A stretch of DNA of 64,000 nucleotides from the NCBI GenBank assembly GCA_002633005.1, contig NMRA01000397.1, positions 333,176 through 397,175 on the forward strand. The letters are read 5' to 3'. A model generated the notes under the pieces. The model ran no database searches. It saw only the letters and a list, made by a program, of their open reading frames with translations, and had not been told where the DNA came from. Below are positions 1 through 13,700 of this stretch, in pieces (within the stretch, counting starts at the first letter, position 1; every line of letters begins with the position of its first letter). The DNA comes from Phoronis australis (Eukaryota > Animalia > Phoronida). A program made the translations under genes and the position numbers.

Positions 1-2641
1 TGTCATGCCGCGAGACGTCACAAAAGTGTAATTCTGTCGGGCAATGAAAACAAAACGTAAAAATAGTATGATATTTTGCTGAAAGTCATTATAATCATAA
101 AACGATAGACCTACTTAAAATGTAGGCTCTTGCATCACAAAAGAGTGTTGACATTCATCAAATTTCTTATAGCCCTGAGAATGGGTTTAATAAATATAAT
201 TGTGAGCGGAAAGCTCTGGCTTTTTGTCAGTTCATCTTCTGCTAAAATTCCTTTGAGTTAAACCCGTGTTTTTCCTGAATGAAATAAACTTCATTCTAAC
301 TCCACTCTCAGAGTATGTAAATTTCCCAGTGCATTTTCGAAAATTTTCCAGAGTATTAACCTCGACGGCACATTTTCGGCCTTGTTTTACTTACGTGTCT
401 TCATCAATGCCGAAAATGTAAACACTAAAAAGTGAAAATACCTAAGAAAACGATTTATCATACCCAAAGATGACATTTTAGTTACATTTTAAGACCAGCT
501 GTTTTTGGAATTCCGTTGCATGTGAACCCCGTTTAGTAGCAAACTTTGCGTCGTGCCCTTATTTTGTCTGTAAAACAGACCACCCGAGACTCCCTTTCAG
601 ACTAGCACAAGCAATTCCAACGGTCATTGCAGTTTCTGTCTTACTTCGACGGACACAAATTATCTTTGTTTGACTTATATAGTTTCTAGACAGTAAGTCA
701 AATAGGGGGATTATATTTGTAAGCGAGAAGGACAAATATTGATCATGGTAGCATAGGAGACCGCACTTGTAGCTTCAGAGTGATTGCGAAACTGACTTCC
801 GAGAAAAATGAACATTTTTGCAAGTTACCGAGACGATAAAAATGAACTCTACTGATAGAAGATACGAGTTATTAACGCTGTATGTGGAGTCTGTAAGACT
901 TCAATGTAGAGGTAGTAAGCCAAGTTTCACTTCAATCATACAACACAGTTACTGCGATCGCAATGTTTTAAAACACGAATTTCTACGCTATACATCGTAT
1001 TTAGAAATTTTAGGAACATTTAAACAAAAACTAATCGCAGGAAGTGGAAGGCGCGTACAAAAATACGTGACGTTATTTTATTCAATCAGTTTTGCTGTCA
1101 AATACTTCGTGCGACCAGAAAAAAATTCATTCTGCAACAAAACGCTTGCAAAACTGCTGTTGTACATCCTTACAAGAGTTATCACCTTTATTTAAGCATA
1201 TCCTACTCAACTTGGTTAGTGGAGAATGACTATCTACCCATAATGATTAAGTAGTTCCAGAAACCTGTCATTCGCACAAATCTGCATCAAGGTAAATAAA
1301 GGTCACTTTGTATGATAAGATAAACTTTCCATAATTCGCAAACACATTTTGAATTACAGAGTTTTCAAACGATTGATATCTTTCGAAGGCTTAATGACAC
1401 TAGTGCCTGCATTCTTTATGAGTTAGAATAAATTTATCATTCCATGAGTGCACGCCTGTGCCATTGTGAACGTGCCGTCAGCATCCATGCAAGAGAACCA
1501 GGGAGACGCCCCATATTCCAGTTAACACAAAGATTTTTTGATCATTAAATACTGATTGCTTTTACGACCGAAAACTCATTGGTTGCGACGGACTTATGAG
1601 AAGTTATTAACTTTTACCATAGCTATAAAAAGCAAAATCAGTTGTGCGTTTGTGATCAGTCCAAAAGGGCGCAAGAATTGAATTGACTTGAGCTGTTAAA
1701 GGAAATGGACTCCAATAACGGCAAAGAACATGAGACCGATTTTCTGAAGTAACTAAAAATGCCCAATTCGTTTTTAGCCTGTTAACATGGGAGGAATGTA
1801 GCTTTAATTTAAAGTCCGCGTTATGATAACTTCCGAAATGGTTAGCAATTTCATCTGTAAGCTTACCTTAAAATGTGTCGCACTGAAATGTTACCTGTTA
1901 AAATGATACCAAACCTGGTGTTGGCCTATTTGCAGATCTCAAGGAGGAGTTCCCAGTCAACTCTCTAAATCAAACTCATGTCCCACAACCCTTGCCAAAC
2001 CTCAAATTCGGAACAAATTTTGAAAATTACTTGATACAAAATCAGCTAAACGGGCAAGTGTGGCCTAAAATTTAGGTATGTTACACATCCGTAGGATACC
2101 CACCAAGAACCATGATGTCCATTCTGCCAAGTAGTGAATCCTAATTTTACCACTCCAGTGAGACGCCAATGTTGCATGAGCAGGGTATAAAACGAGGATT
2201 GATTGAAAATATCAAACCACGGCTTAGTATACTTTTCAATCTAACTAAAGAACATTGTCTGCAATAGGTAAATGAAGAAACGAAGTGAACATGTAAATTT
2301 TGCCTTGTTCAACTGTCACTGTGTATAAGGGCCACTATCCACTTGTACAACAAGGGAACAAAATTTATTCAACTACTAAATTACGACAATGAAAAAAAAA
2401 TTTTTTTTGAAAAGTACAAACTGGGTGCATTGCTCATTTTTATGAAATTGTTGATGTCAGTGGTGATGGCGATGACAATTTTAATCATGTCAAAAGATGG
2501 TGACAATGGCTACGATAGTTTATTTATACGATTTTAAGTCGATGATATCAGTAATGAAGCTCATGTCTGTTTAATGTCTATTCTTTAGGTTAAGTTAACT
2601 GAGGCTATGTAGTAGCAACAGAAAGAAGGTCGATACAATTG

Positions 2642-3673
2642 ATGGATAAGACGGAACAGCCTGGAAAAAGTCTCGCCATAGAGGCTGATGGTGATGCATA
2701 TAAGGGCTTCCGACACCACAGAAGAGATTTACACCTTCAGCGCCAGTCAATCAATCGGGCCGCCTCGATTGCCATGGACACCATTTTACATAAACAATTA
2801 AAACTGGCAAAAAGATTTTCCGACTTGTACGGCAGCAGATTAGAGAAAAGTGAAACAACTGAAATGCAGCGAAAATTAGATTCGATCGATTCAGAATTAA
2901 AGACTAAGAACGTTGGACATATAAATACTCAGCACATGACACTTCCAGTGGCAATTCCTATAGTGAATATGCAGTCCACAAACAAAGATGGCAACGGAGA
3001 TAGCAACAAAGACGAAAACGATGACTACGATAAAGAGGACGGTGTTGCCTGTAACAGTTACATACCACGCATTGCGCATACTGCGAAAGACATTCTGAAA
3101 AGTAAAACCTCAAAATCGACCATTATCATCACGGGCTCAAGCAGTCATAAAACCCATCCGTTATTCAGGGAAATTATGGACACCACTCGTATACAGAACC
3201 AACTGGTTGCTGACAAATTGAAACATGACGAGTTGTTTCTAAAGAATCGTGTCAAGAGGTGGAGAGCAAATCTCGCGAAAGAAAGAGAAACGTTGGCGGA
3301 CAGATTTCGTCAGGTTTCTTTTACAGATTCTGCAGATGGTGGGAAACTTGTATTGAGGAATACTCGTCCAAAATCATGTGGAGCAATAAAAGTCAAACCG
3401 TGTTCGCATGTTGCTCTAAACACGACTATCAAACGAAGCCAGACGCCGACTCTGCGCATAACAGAAACTTGCAGTGTTGAAGATGTCTTGAGAATTGTGC
3501 AGCCTAAAACGACCACGAGAGAAAAATTCCCGGTTGTAAAATCGGCAAAACCACGCTCGGCTGTTAGGTGGCGAGATGAAAAAGGTGAAAAGTCGCTAGT
3601 CACCAGAACTTTATTGCAAAAACGCCGAGCAGCGTCGGCAATAAGTTATCGGCTTAGGAACAATGTTTGGTGA
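2642..3673 (+). CDS. Uncharacterised basic, largely disordered protein (~343 aa), single coding exon
   Basis: Uninterrupted ~1 kb ORF in AT-rich DNA. ATG at 2642 lies just after a splice-acceptor-like ttctttag ending at 2588. Coiled-coil-like N-half and K/R/S-rich C-half; no recognisable domain. Confidence 0.6.
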   Translation: MDKTEQPGKSLAIEADGDAYKGFRHHRRDLHLQRQSINRAASIAMDTILHKQLKLAKRFSDLYGSRLEKSETTEMQRKLDSIDSELKTKNVGHINTQHMTLPVAIPIVNMQSTNKDGNGDSNKDENDDYDKEDGVACNSYIPRIAHTAKDILKSKTSKSTIIITGSSSHKTHPLFREIMDTTRIQNQLVADKLKHDELFLKNRVKRWRANLAKERETLADRFRQVSFTDSADGGKLVLRNTRPKSCGAIKVKPCSHVALNTTIKRSQTPTLRITETCSVEDVLRIVQPKTTTREKFPVVKSAKPRSAVRWRDEKGEKSLVTRTLLQKRRAASAISYRLRNNVW

Positions 3674-3874
3674 GCACGTTACAGTAATCAGGAGATAAAC
3701 CTTGATGAAATAATATTATAGGCTTCCGTTTGTCGGTCCAATATCAAATTTGTTAATAGTATTTCATGTCTGGATTTTACGTCAACCTATTTTGCACTTC
3801 TACGACAGAATCCTTCTCAACTCTGTCGCAGCGTCACATTTGAAGCAAGGCCAATTCCACTTTACATACGTTAA

Positions 3875-5777
3875 AGGAGAATGCCACCCGATTTAATAAG
3901 TCTTTTCACTGTCTTAATCGGTCTATATCCTCATCACCTCGTGTACGGCGGTCGATCTTACCTCGCCGAGAGGTGTCGCGTTAACCTGTGAGGAAGGTGA
4001 GGAAACGACTTACGTCAGTGGTTCTTCGGCAGAGTGAGTGCCGCTATGGTGTGGCGTATCGTTCCCGCTTGTGCCAACTTATGAAGCTGCGAGGAAAGCG
4101 GGTATGTCGTTTTTTCGATTGCCTCGAGAGCCCATAATGATTCGGAAGTGGCTCGCGGTAGTGAAGAGTGAATACTACGCCATTAATACCAAGTATGAGG
4201 CCGTGAAACTTATCCGTGTCTGTCAGTGGTCTGCATTTCGTCGGATCGATTGTTGATCCGTTTTTGATTGTGGAGAATTGTAGTTGGCCATGAAAACTTA
4301 AACAATCACAATTAATTCAAGGCATGAGAACCTGTTTGATAACTGACTCGTTCGTTAGGCTTCTGTTTGGTCCTCCGGTTGTAGGATGTTTTCGCCACTT
4401 TCTTTTCTCAGTCCTAACCTCGTAAGCACACCTTTTTCAGATGAGGTGCTTCTCCAAGAACTCGTTTCACTTGCGGAATTTCGCGCCAGCAAACTCAAGC
4501 GCCAGTCGTTTCGTTATCGTGCAGTTAGCCTGGGCTCACTGACCCCATGACAAGTTCAAACGGTTTTTGGAACTATTCATATGTTCCGTTGTTTGTGCAC
4601 GTTCACGGAGCCTTTCTATTATTTCTTGATCAATGAATTCCTGTGAAACCTAACAATCGACCTGTAAAGTGTTTGTCGGATGAGCTCTCGTCTAAATCGG
4701 GACTGCGAGTTGCCACGTTGACATTTATATTGTGCGTTCTGTTTCAAAATGCCATTATTCTCACCCTAACTAATGGTTATATCAAAACTGAAACAAAGCC
4801 TGTCTCATTAGATACAGTTTGTAATGCCTTAGAGTGTTCGTGAGTGTAAATGTTTTGAGAAGCCAAACATATGGATAAATCACTGCGTTACCATCTTTAG
4901 ATGCAATAAGTCTGTGTTTGCTGACATAAAGCTGTTGTGAAACAACAACTCAGTTTTATATCCTATAGTCAGATGTTAGGGGAATCTTTATTTCGATATT
5001 CATATACGTTATTCGAATCATTGTTACTGTACAACTTTTGCGCTGACGATTCTGTGGAAGGGTAAACTAATTTAGCGGCCCCGACGAGCTAGTAAGTAGA
5101 TTTGCAGTTTTGTGGCTAATTCACCAAAATAATCAGCGTGCACATTTTTTCTTTGGCTCACTGGTATAGTCTTTCTGTGACTGAAGGTTTAGTTTCCAAC
5201 TTTGTCTGGTTTATGTTCGTGATGTCAGTCTTCAGTCCGTGCCTGATCGTGTTCCGAGCCACTGGCCGGGATAGCAAATGTTTTGTGTGTTTAGAAGTGA
5301 AAAAATCGCAAGTCTAAAATTACACGCAGCCATGTTTTCTCCTGTCTGTATTTCACGGAAGAATAGTTCGAATTTATCACCAAGCAGACCCCAAACTCCC
5401 GCGACCGATCTGCGGTAAATTGGCCTACCGAACTTAGTAGGCCACCGTAATTTCAAATACCTAAAATCCGTAACAGCAATATAAAATAACACCTTTGTTG
5501 AAAAACTCGATGTATTTGTAAGGGTTTTTGATGATTTTTAAATCATCAAAAACCCTTACAAATACATCGAGTTTTAAAAAACGATGAATTCTAGCGATAA
5601 GCTGACACCAATAAGCGTGCTGTGAACTGCTGAACAGACTGCATTCGAACCTCCGACGTCATTGGTTAATTTCAACACCTCCGTCTGCCATCAGGTGTCA
5701 GGTAAATGAGCTGTACTTGCTGTTACCGATTGGAAGTAATCAATCTAAATTGATACAAAATAGGTTGGCATTCTCCT
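3875..5777 (+). mobile_element. Non-autonomous Kolobok-like DNA transposon with THAP-domain remnant
   Basis: ttaa|aggagaatgccaccc at 3871-3889 and inverted ggttggcattctcct|tgaa at 5763-5781. ORF 4038-4256 resembles a THAP finger (WCG..SFFRLP..RKWL..RVC). TTAA target, AG..CT ends and THAP are Kolobok hallmarks. Confidence 0.6.
5502..5575. repeat. Perfect palindrome, 36-bp arms with 2-nt spacer
   Basis: aaaactcgatgtatttgtaagggtttttgatgattt-tt-aaatcatcaaaaacccttacaaatacatcgagtttt. Confidence 0.9.
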
Positions 5778-7104
5778 TGAACGCAAACAAGAAAACATTA
5801 CTTTGATGATATTGTACGATTGGTGAAACTAATCCTTTTTTGAAAACAAAGAGTGCTTATTAAATGTTGACTGACATTTGTGAAAAATCAGCTTCATTCT
5901 TTACCGAAGTGGAGCACACGTTGATTCATCGCAGCATTTCATGAATGTATACATTACGATGCCAAGCGTACTTTATTTTTCAGAGACTAATTAACAGACA
6001 TGAAGAAGTAGTACATGTTAACTTAACTCAAACCACTCGTATTTTACACTCATACCCAAAACTGCCGACACCACGAAGAAAAACAATTCAATGTAATCAG
6101 CACTCTCACTGACAGAAATTCTGCCCATAAACCACCGAGCCACAGAGGATCACATGCTTAACGTAAGGTGATATGAATTTCAAACCAATTGTATTTCAGC
6201 ACATTGAAATCAAAATTTTACACTGTCTTTTCTTCTGTTTAGCTGTCAGAAAGGTAAAAACTCAACCACTTGTCTCTATAAAAACTGTCATTAAAATTTT
6301 CTTTACAGTGGCAGGACGTTATTTCTGTTGCCTGAGCATTAACAAGTAAACAGTTTTAAAAATTCATTTGGTTAGCCAGCCATTCCAAAATTTAAGCGCT
6401 TCAATTCGATCTCAGATTATTTAGGGATTCCAACAGAATGTCAAGAATACTTCTGAGTACAGTTTGACACGATTTTTATTTCACATCAAAGCAGTTAGTA
6501 TAGGGGAAAACTGAAGCTTCAACTTTAAGTACCTCCAGACTACAATAAGTAATCGGAAACTTTCTAAAGTTAATTAACTAAACTCTAATGTTCAGACGCT
6601 CCAAGTGTCAAACTGTGAATGGTTAACTTGCAAAATTGCCCCCGCGAGACTGCAGAGTAACAATGAAACAATTAAAGTAATTGAACAACATTAAGATAAA
6701 GCAAATACCACTACCCCAAAATTATTTTCGCACTTTTTCAGTCCACTAAACTCGTCATTACCCAGAACTACCAGGTATCCAATGTTGCAGACGTCATTGT
6801 TGCGATATAGGCATTGATTTATTGTCATAAAATGTCCCAAACTACCTAATAACCTTTTAACTACATAATAATAAAGCAAAAATGGTTCCCGGTGATCAGT
6901 GCAGTGGGAACACCTGAGCTGCGTGCTCACGTTGTACCATACTGCCTACAACTTTACTTTTCATAAACCATCTAATTCGCGCTACTAACTACGTCTCTGT
7001 ATCATTCGGAAATATCAGAATTTGCTTAGTAACCTCTGACAAAAAGTATTCATTTTTGAAAGAATTGCAGGCGTCGTACTACTACGTCTGTTACAACAAG
7101 GTAA

Positions 7105-7751
7105 CTAATGTAAATTTCCGACGATAGCAGTCGCTATTATCTTCTTTGGGTCTCTCATCATGGTGTAGTGATCTCCGTCCACCTCAACTACTCGAACCGG
7201 CTTGGAACACAACCTTTGGGAACCGTAGTCACGTCCATGGGCTTGTATTTCAGCTAGGGTCTCGGCCAGTGGACCGTCAGTTAAGAGTTCTGTGGCGCGA
7301 ACAAATGTTACGTTGTCATTGTAAATTGCTGAAGGACTGTACGAAGCATAGTTTTTCAGAGTTCCTCGGAAAGTCGAAAGTCCGGTCTTCAAATCTTCTT
7401 CGTTTAATCCTTTCTCTTTCCACGTGTCTTCAAACCACTGTTCAAAATTGGAAAGTTGTTCTTCAGAAGACCCTTGGATTTTTTTATAAGTGTTGGTGAC
7501 AAATTCCGGGGTTCCATCGAGAAGAACTAACGTTTCCGGTGTGCGGTTGACTTGCTCAAGCTTGATCGCCATTTCAAAGGCTATGACGCAGCCAGACGAA
7601 TAACCAACCAGTGTGTAGGGTGTAGACAAATTGAAAAAAGACAACTTTTTCATTCTATTCACATAGATATCGGCAAGCTGAGATACAGACTCGAAGGGCG
7701 TGGTACCTTCCAAGAAACGGAAAGCGTAAACTGGGTGCCTCTTTAGATGAC
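7105..7751 (-). CDS. Terminal NRPS exon: C-terminal part of the thioesterase domain
   Basis: After acceptor tttttttcttag it reads (G)HLKRHPVYAF...LVGYSSGCVIAFEMA...LLDG...VDGDHYTM; Ser/Asp/His triad motifs of a type I TE. Confidence 0.9.
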
Positions 7752-10700
7752 CTAAGAAAAAAATTATGGGATGTAAGAAAATGCACGTTTCCTGCACTTT
7801 GAATCTCAAAATACCTGCAGTATAACTTACCCTTTATTTTCACTTGATCACTGCTTGACGAAACACAAGCGTTACTGTGTGTTATTTCATTAGCCTTTCT
7901 AACTATTTTGTTTTATCAAAACATCATCATTATCACCAGAATTTGTTTTCGCCAAATGAACCGTTTTGATTACCTATAAGGATGTACACTATTATTTTGT
8001 AGAATATTCTGAGAAAAAACTTTTTAAAGCCGCTTCAAATCCTGCCATATGTAGTGATTACGTATGTGCATTCAAACTATCGATAAACCTGAGAGTAAAG
8101 GGACAGCTAAGTGAACCTTCTTAAAGCCACAATTAAACATACTTACCAGCGACATAGGCGTACGAAGATGTCCCACCATCACTAGCGTGAACACAGATGA
8201 CTGGCATCTTGTCTTCTTCGCCATCATTGAGACACACCAGCATATCACCATCGTCGTTTTTCAACTGCGCGACTGCAGCAATATCTACTAGTGTTTCGAA
8301 CTGCAGTACGTCACCTAAATTGAATATCAGCCCTCTCTTTTCACCGAGAGAAACAAGACTGATAGCCTTGATCGATGTTCCTCCAAGGTCAAAGAAAGAG
8401 TGGTCAAGTTTAATGTCGTCAACTTTCATTCCAAGAAGTGTGGCCCACATGTCCCGAAGAATAACCTCTTTGTCTGTTAGTTCTTCTTTTATTTTACTAT
8501 ATTCTTGCCAAGCGGGCTTATTCAATTTTGACGGTAGATTAGAAGCAGTTTGCAATATATCATTCATTACCTTTTTGTCACAAGCCTTGATCTCGTCTAC
8601 CGGCAAAACTATTGTGGAAGTATTGTCACATTGGCACATGGTCTTAATTTTCTCCAGGATGAAGGAATTGATGTTTAGACGAGGCGAAACAAAGACACAT
8701 CTCATTTTTTCATTTTGAGCAATGAAACATTCATTCAGTTCGTCAATATCTCTCAGCTCCTCTGGACATGTATCACATTCTTTATCTGCCATGATTATCG
8801 TTTCACCGCTTCTATTTGTCTGTGCAACAACGCCAGAGAAAAATTCGTTTTCATCACTTTGATGAATAAACAACTTTCCAGGGACGCCAATCGGGCATTC
8901 ACGTCCACGGTGGTCTTTGATGCGGTACACGTGTTCAAAAGTATCTTTATAGGAAGAGTTAGTGTCGATCGATTGGACAATATCGATATTAATGACTGAC
9001 CTCATGTTGTCAGAATGTAGTATTTCGTCCAATGCGTTGTCTAAATGAGTCAGTAGTTGAAGCGCAAAATCGTCACTTATTAAATTGGCGTCGTACATAC
9101 ACTTGGCCATGAGATTTTCACCGTCGTCGGCGAATAGAACTCCCAGTGGGAATTGAACCCTCTCATACCCTTGGATGTCCGTCATTTCAATTTCGGGGTC
9201 TGCAACATTTTCAAGCGTGGGGTAGTTTTCATAAGTAACCAGGGTATCGAACAGATTTTGATCTCTTGGAAGTCCACTCCACTTGCGTATATCGGCTAGA
9301 TTACTGTGATCGTAAGCCATTATGGCGGCTTGACGGGCTTGAATATCCGTTAGCCAATCAATTAACGTTACACTTTCATCAGATGGTATGGGAATTCGAA
9401 GAGGTAACGTGTTCAACAGTAAACCAACCATATCTTCAATACCCTCTACTTCAGCGCCACGGGATGCCATCACAACAGCAAAAACCACATCAGTACCAAA
9501 AGTGCTGCAGTAGCGATCCAAAATTAATGCCCAAGCACCGTACATAACTGACGTCGTAGTCAAAAAGTTTCGTCGTGCAAATTGCTTCAAATCTCCAATT
9601 TGGAGAGAGAAAGTACGCATAACATCCCTGTCGTCTTGTTGGTTAGAATTTTTAACGATCTTTAAGTTCTTTAAGGACAGAAATCGTTTTGGTTGAAGAT
9701 TGTCTAAATAATCAGACCAGAAATTTTGCGAAACTGACATGTCATGATTCTTACAGAAATCCACAAAAAGCCGAAAGCTCGGAGCAGGTGAAAGTTCTTT
9801 CGAATGGTAAACGCATAAAACGTCTCTTAAAACAAGCGGTCCTGACCAGCCGTCGAAAAGAGCGTGGTGAAACGTCCAAATAAACCTATAAATTTCTCGG
9901 TCAATCTTCATCAGGGCAAAGCGCATGAGATCACCATTCATATTAAAACCCTTCGCCCTATCAGCTTCCACAAATAGCATTTCCTGTTCGTGTGGGTGCT
10001 CCCAAACCCCAACTTCCCACTCTGGGTTTGCATTTCGTCGAACAACTTGTCGCAACGAGTGGTTCTCGGCATCAATTACGAAACTTGTTCGTAAAGCAGA
10101 GTGATGGTCTATAACTTTGCCCCATGCAGACTTAAATCTTTCAATGTCTAGTCTCCCGGAAATATGTAAACAGTACTGCACCAAATAAGAAGATTTGTCT
10201 CGAAGGAGCGAAAAAATAAAACCCTCCTGAAGAGGCGTACAAGAATAAATATCTTCAACATCTTTGACTTTGATGCTTGCTGCTTTCAATGTGGCGTCGA
10301 TCAAGGCGAAGTTTGAAGCAAGAGATAAATTATCAGAGCTTATTTGAGTACTATCTAGCTTTAAGCATTTGACGATGTTCTCTGTTGCCGTTTTCCACCC
10401 GTCGGCCAGTAACTTAATGGTTTCTCGTCGATGAAGAGCCTTGCTAAACAGAAACAAACCTTGCAAGCAACCATTAGAAATGTCGCACTCGATGGCTAAA
10501 TTATGCGAAATTCTTTCATCCTTGCACTGGTTGTTATAGTTGTAATCGCCATCCGCACATACTTCCCACAAGCTATTCTTGCTAGAGAACTGCGTAGCAC
10601 TGCCATGGTAATTAAAAACAACATCGCATTGTTGATTGAATCTTGGATCAGAGTCCTTCTTAAGAAACTTCATGACGCCATAAGGCATGCCTTTTTGAGG

Positions 10701-13700
10701 AATGTTTCTGAGGCGACGTTTTATTCCTTCTAGTTGCTTCAATGTATCGTGAGTTCTGCCATCAACCACCAAAGTAACGGGATACATCACAGTGAACCAA
10801 CCGACAGTTCGAGAAAAATCTAGTTTGTCAGTCCATGATTCTCTCCCGTGCCATTCCATTTCAACGGACAACGAAGATTCTCCCATGCACTCGTTGTATG
10901 CTGTAATGAGAGCAGTCAAAAGGACGTCACTTACCGATGTATGTTCGCTACTATGCGTTCCCTTGAGGCTGAGTAGCTGATTTGTTGTACTCTCGTCGAA
11001 GCAAATTTTTTCTAAAGTGCGAGTTTGACACGTAACTTGATCCCTATTATAATCCAAGAAATCAACCTTTAGAGGACTGCTCTTTTCTAATGCCGGCCAG
11101 TCCCTGGTTGAAACGGACAGAGCGTAGTCTGACTTTAAAAACTCCGACCATTCCTTAAAAGACGTTGTCTTTTGAGGAAGGACACCTCCACGGCACAATG
11201 TCTCCAAATCCTCCAGAATAATTTGCCACGAAACAAGATCCACAGCCATGTGATGTATGGTAATGAATATGTACTGGCAATTGCCTTCTATATCGAACAA
11301 TCCGACAGCCATAAGTGGGCCTGACTTCAGGTCGAGTGAGTTTTGAAGTTTAGTGATTTCCACAGCCACTTGATCTTCAAGTACGTCCTTGTGGATTAAC
11401 TTTGGAATCGGGGTTTTCGAGACGGGCTGGATTTCCTGGATCACTTTTCCATCATCACAAACAGTGAAAGAAGCTCGTAGAATATCATGATGGAGAACAA
11501 GAGATTTGATAGCATTTTGGAGGATATCTGGCTCAATCATAAGCAAAGGACGCAATAACAACGACTGATTAAAACAGTCACGATTACGCAACTTCAAGTG
11601 AAAAAACCATTCCTGCACAGGAGTGAGAGGCACGTTTCCAGATATTTCAATATTTTTGACCGTATTTGTTGGCATGTTAGAATGAACAAATTTTGCAACA
11701 GTTGCAAGTTGGGTCAAGTTTCTCGTCTGGAAGACATGTTGAACCGTGAAGCGCAAATTACGCTTTCTTCCAAGAGAAAATACTTTCATTGCTGAAATGG
11801 AATCTCCACCTAAGTAAAAGAAGGAGTCACTAGACTTAATTTTCGATGGATCTATTTGGAGGACTTCACTCCATATTTCAATCAGCAGTTCCTCCTTCTT
11901 GGTCAGTACTTCATGTTGAGTCAAATTTGGCGCCGGCAAACTTTTGTAGTCAATCTTCTCTGCCGTTGACATGGGGAATTCCGAGAGGGGAACAATCACG
12001 GACGGAACCATATATTTCGGAAGCTTATTTTCAAGTTTCTTTTTCAAATGAAATACACCAGCACCACCAATATCTGGTGTAACATAGCCTACAAGTACGC
12101 CATTATTCACTACTGCTGCAGCGTTCTTAATGCCGTCTTGCATTCTCATAGCGTGGTCAACTTCGTCTAGTTCTACACGGAATGCTCTTAGTTTTACCTG
12201 CCTATCTTTACGACCAAAGACTATGATTTCACCATCTGGAGTCCAACTTCCCCAGTCGCCTGTATTGTACAACCGCCCTTCACCAAAAGGATTTTTAATA
12301 AATTTTTGGTAAGTTAGATCTGGTCGTTTAAGGTAGCCTCTAGCAACACCATGTCCACCAAGAAACATAGTACCTTTTACCCCGATTGGAACCGGTTTTA
12401 AGTTGTCGTCTAGAATATGTACTTGGCAGTTAATGACTGGTTTTCCAACTGTCACTCTGGATTTTGTATTTGTTAAGCCTATAGTGCAAATAATTGTGAT
12501 TTCCGATGGACCATATTCGTTGTACAATTCTGCATGATTTTTCCATTTAGCTGCAACGGATTCCGAGAGTATTTCCCCGGCCACAGATATCTTTTTTAAA
12601 TTTGAGAAGTCGTCTGGGTCCAGTGAAGCTAAAACAGATGGTGTCATCATTGCAAAGTCCACCTTTTTTAAAGTGTTCACATAATTTAGTTCTCTCTGCA
12701 CAAGTGTCGCCCCGGTTGTTAATGCCATGAATACCTCTTGATACGCAGCGTCAAACATTATGTTGAAGAAATGAGTAATCCTCATTCCACGTCTGATGTC
12801 ATGCGCTTTGCAAGTTTGTGGAATTAAACATTCGCAACCCCAGTGATTCACCATCACTCCTTTCGGCTTTCCAGTCGTTCCCGACGTGTAGACAATCCAT
12901 GCCAGATGTTCACTTTCTGCAATGTTCTTCAAGTTCTGATACTCAGACTGGTCAAATTGATCGTCAGAAAACCTTGCAGTATACTTTTCTACGTCAAGCA
13001 CAATGATTTCACCGTTGAAATTTTTCAAAATGCCAGTTGCTTGGATTTTTGCAGTAGTTACTACAATTTTACATTCAGCATCATCAAGCATAAAGTGAAT
13101 GCGATCTTGAGGAAGTGTCGCTTCTATGCAAACAAATGCGGCTCCAGACTTCAAAATACCAATTTTGGAGGCTATAAATTCTAAATTACGTTCACCAATT
13201 AGACCAACTGCTGAGTCTGGAACTGCACCAAGCACTTTAAGTTTCCGTGCTAAGCTATTACTTGCCGCGTTTAGTCTCCTGTAGGTAATTTGCCTTTCCA
13301 TTTCTTCTACAGCGATTAAATCTGGCGTCAGCTCTACTTGTTGCTCAAACTGCTGATGTATGCGTAATTTAGAATAGTCTCCAGTTTTGTTGAATGTCAT
13401 AATGAGCTCCGTTTGAGAGGGAGGAAGAAGATCAAGTTGGCACATGGGAGTTTCCATGTTTGTGGTAAGTAATTCAAACAAGTACACTAGGTGTTGACTC
13501 ATTCTTTCAATTGTGGTACGACTGAATATGTCTGTGTTGAAAACGAAGTGTCCACTCAATTTTCCACTACTTTGCCGCAAAAATTCTAGATTCAAGTCGA
13601 ATTTTGCTGTAAACTGTTCGAAGACTTGTGCTTCCATGGAAAGACCATCAGCAAATTGTCTGCTTGGAAGATCTTCTTGTAGAACAGTAGCAGCTTGAAT

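Noticed and set aside
818-1195. 125-aa ORF
   Set aside because: It has a non-ATG start, no recognisable motif and a composition like random AT-rich DNA.
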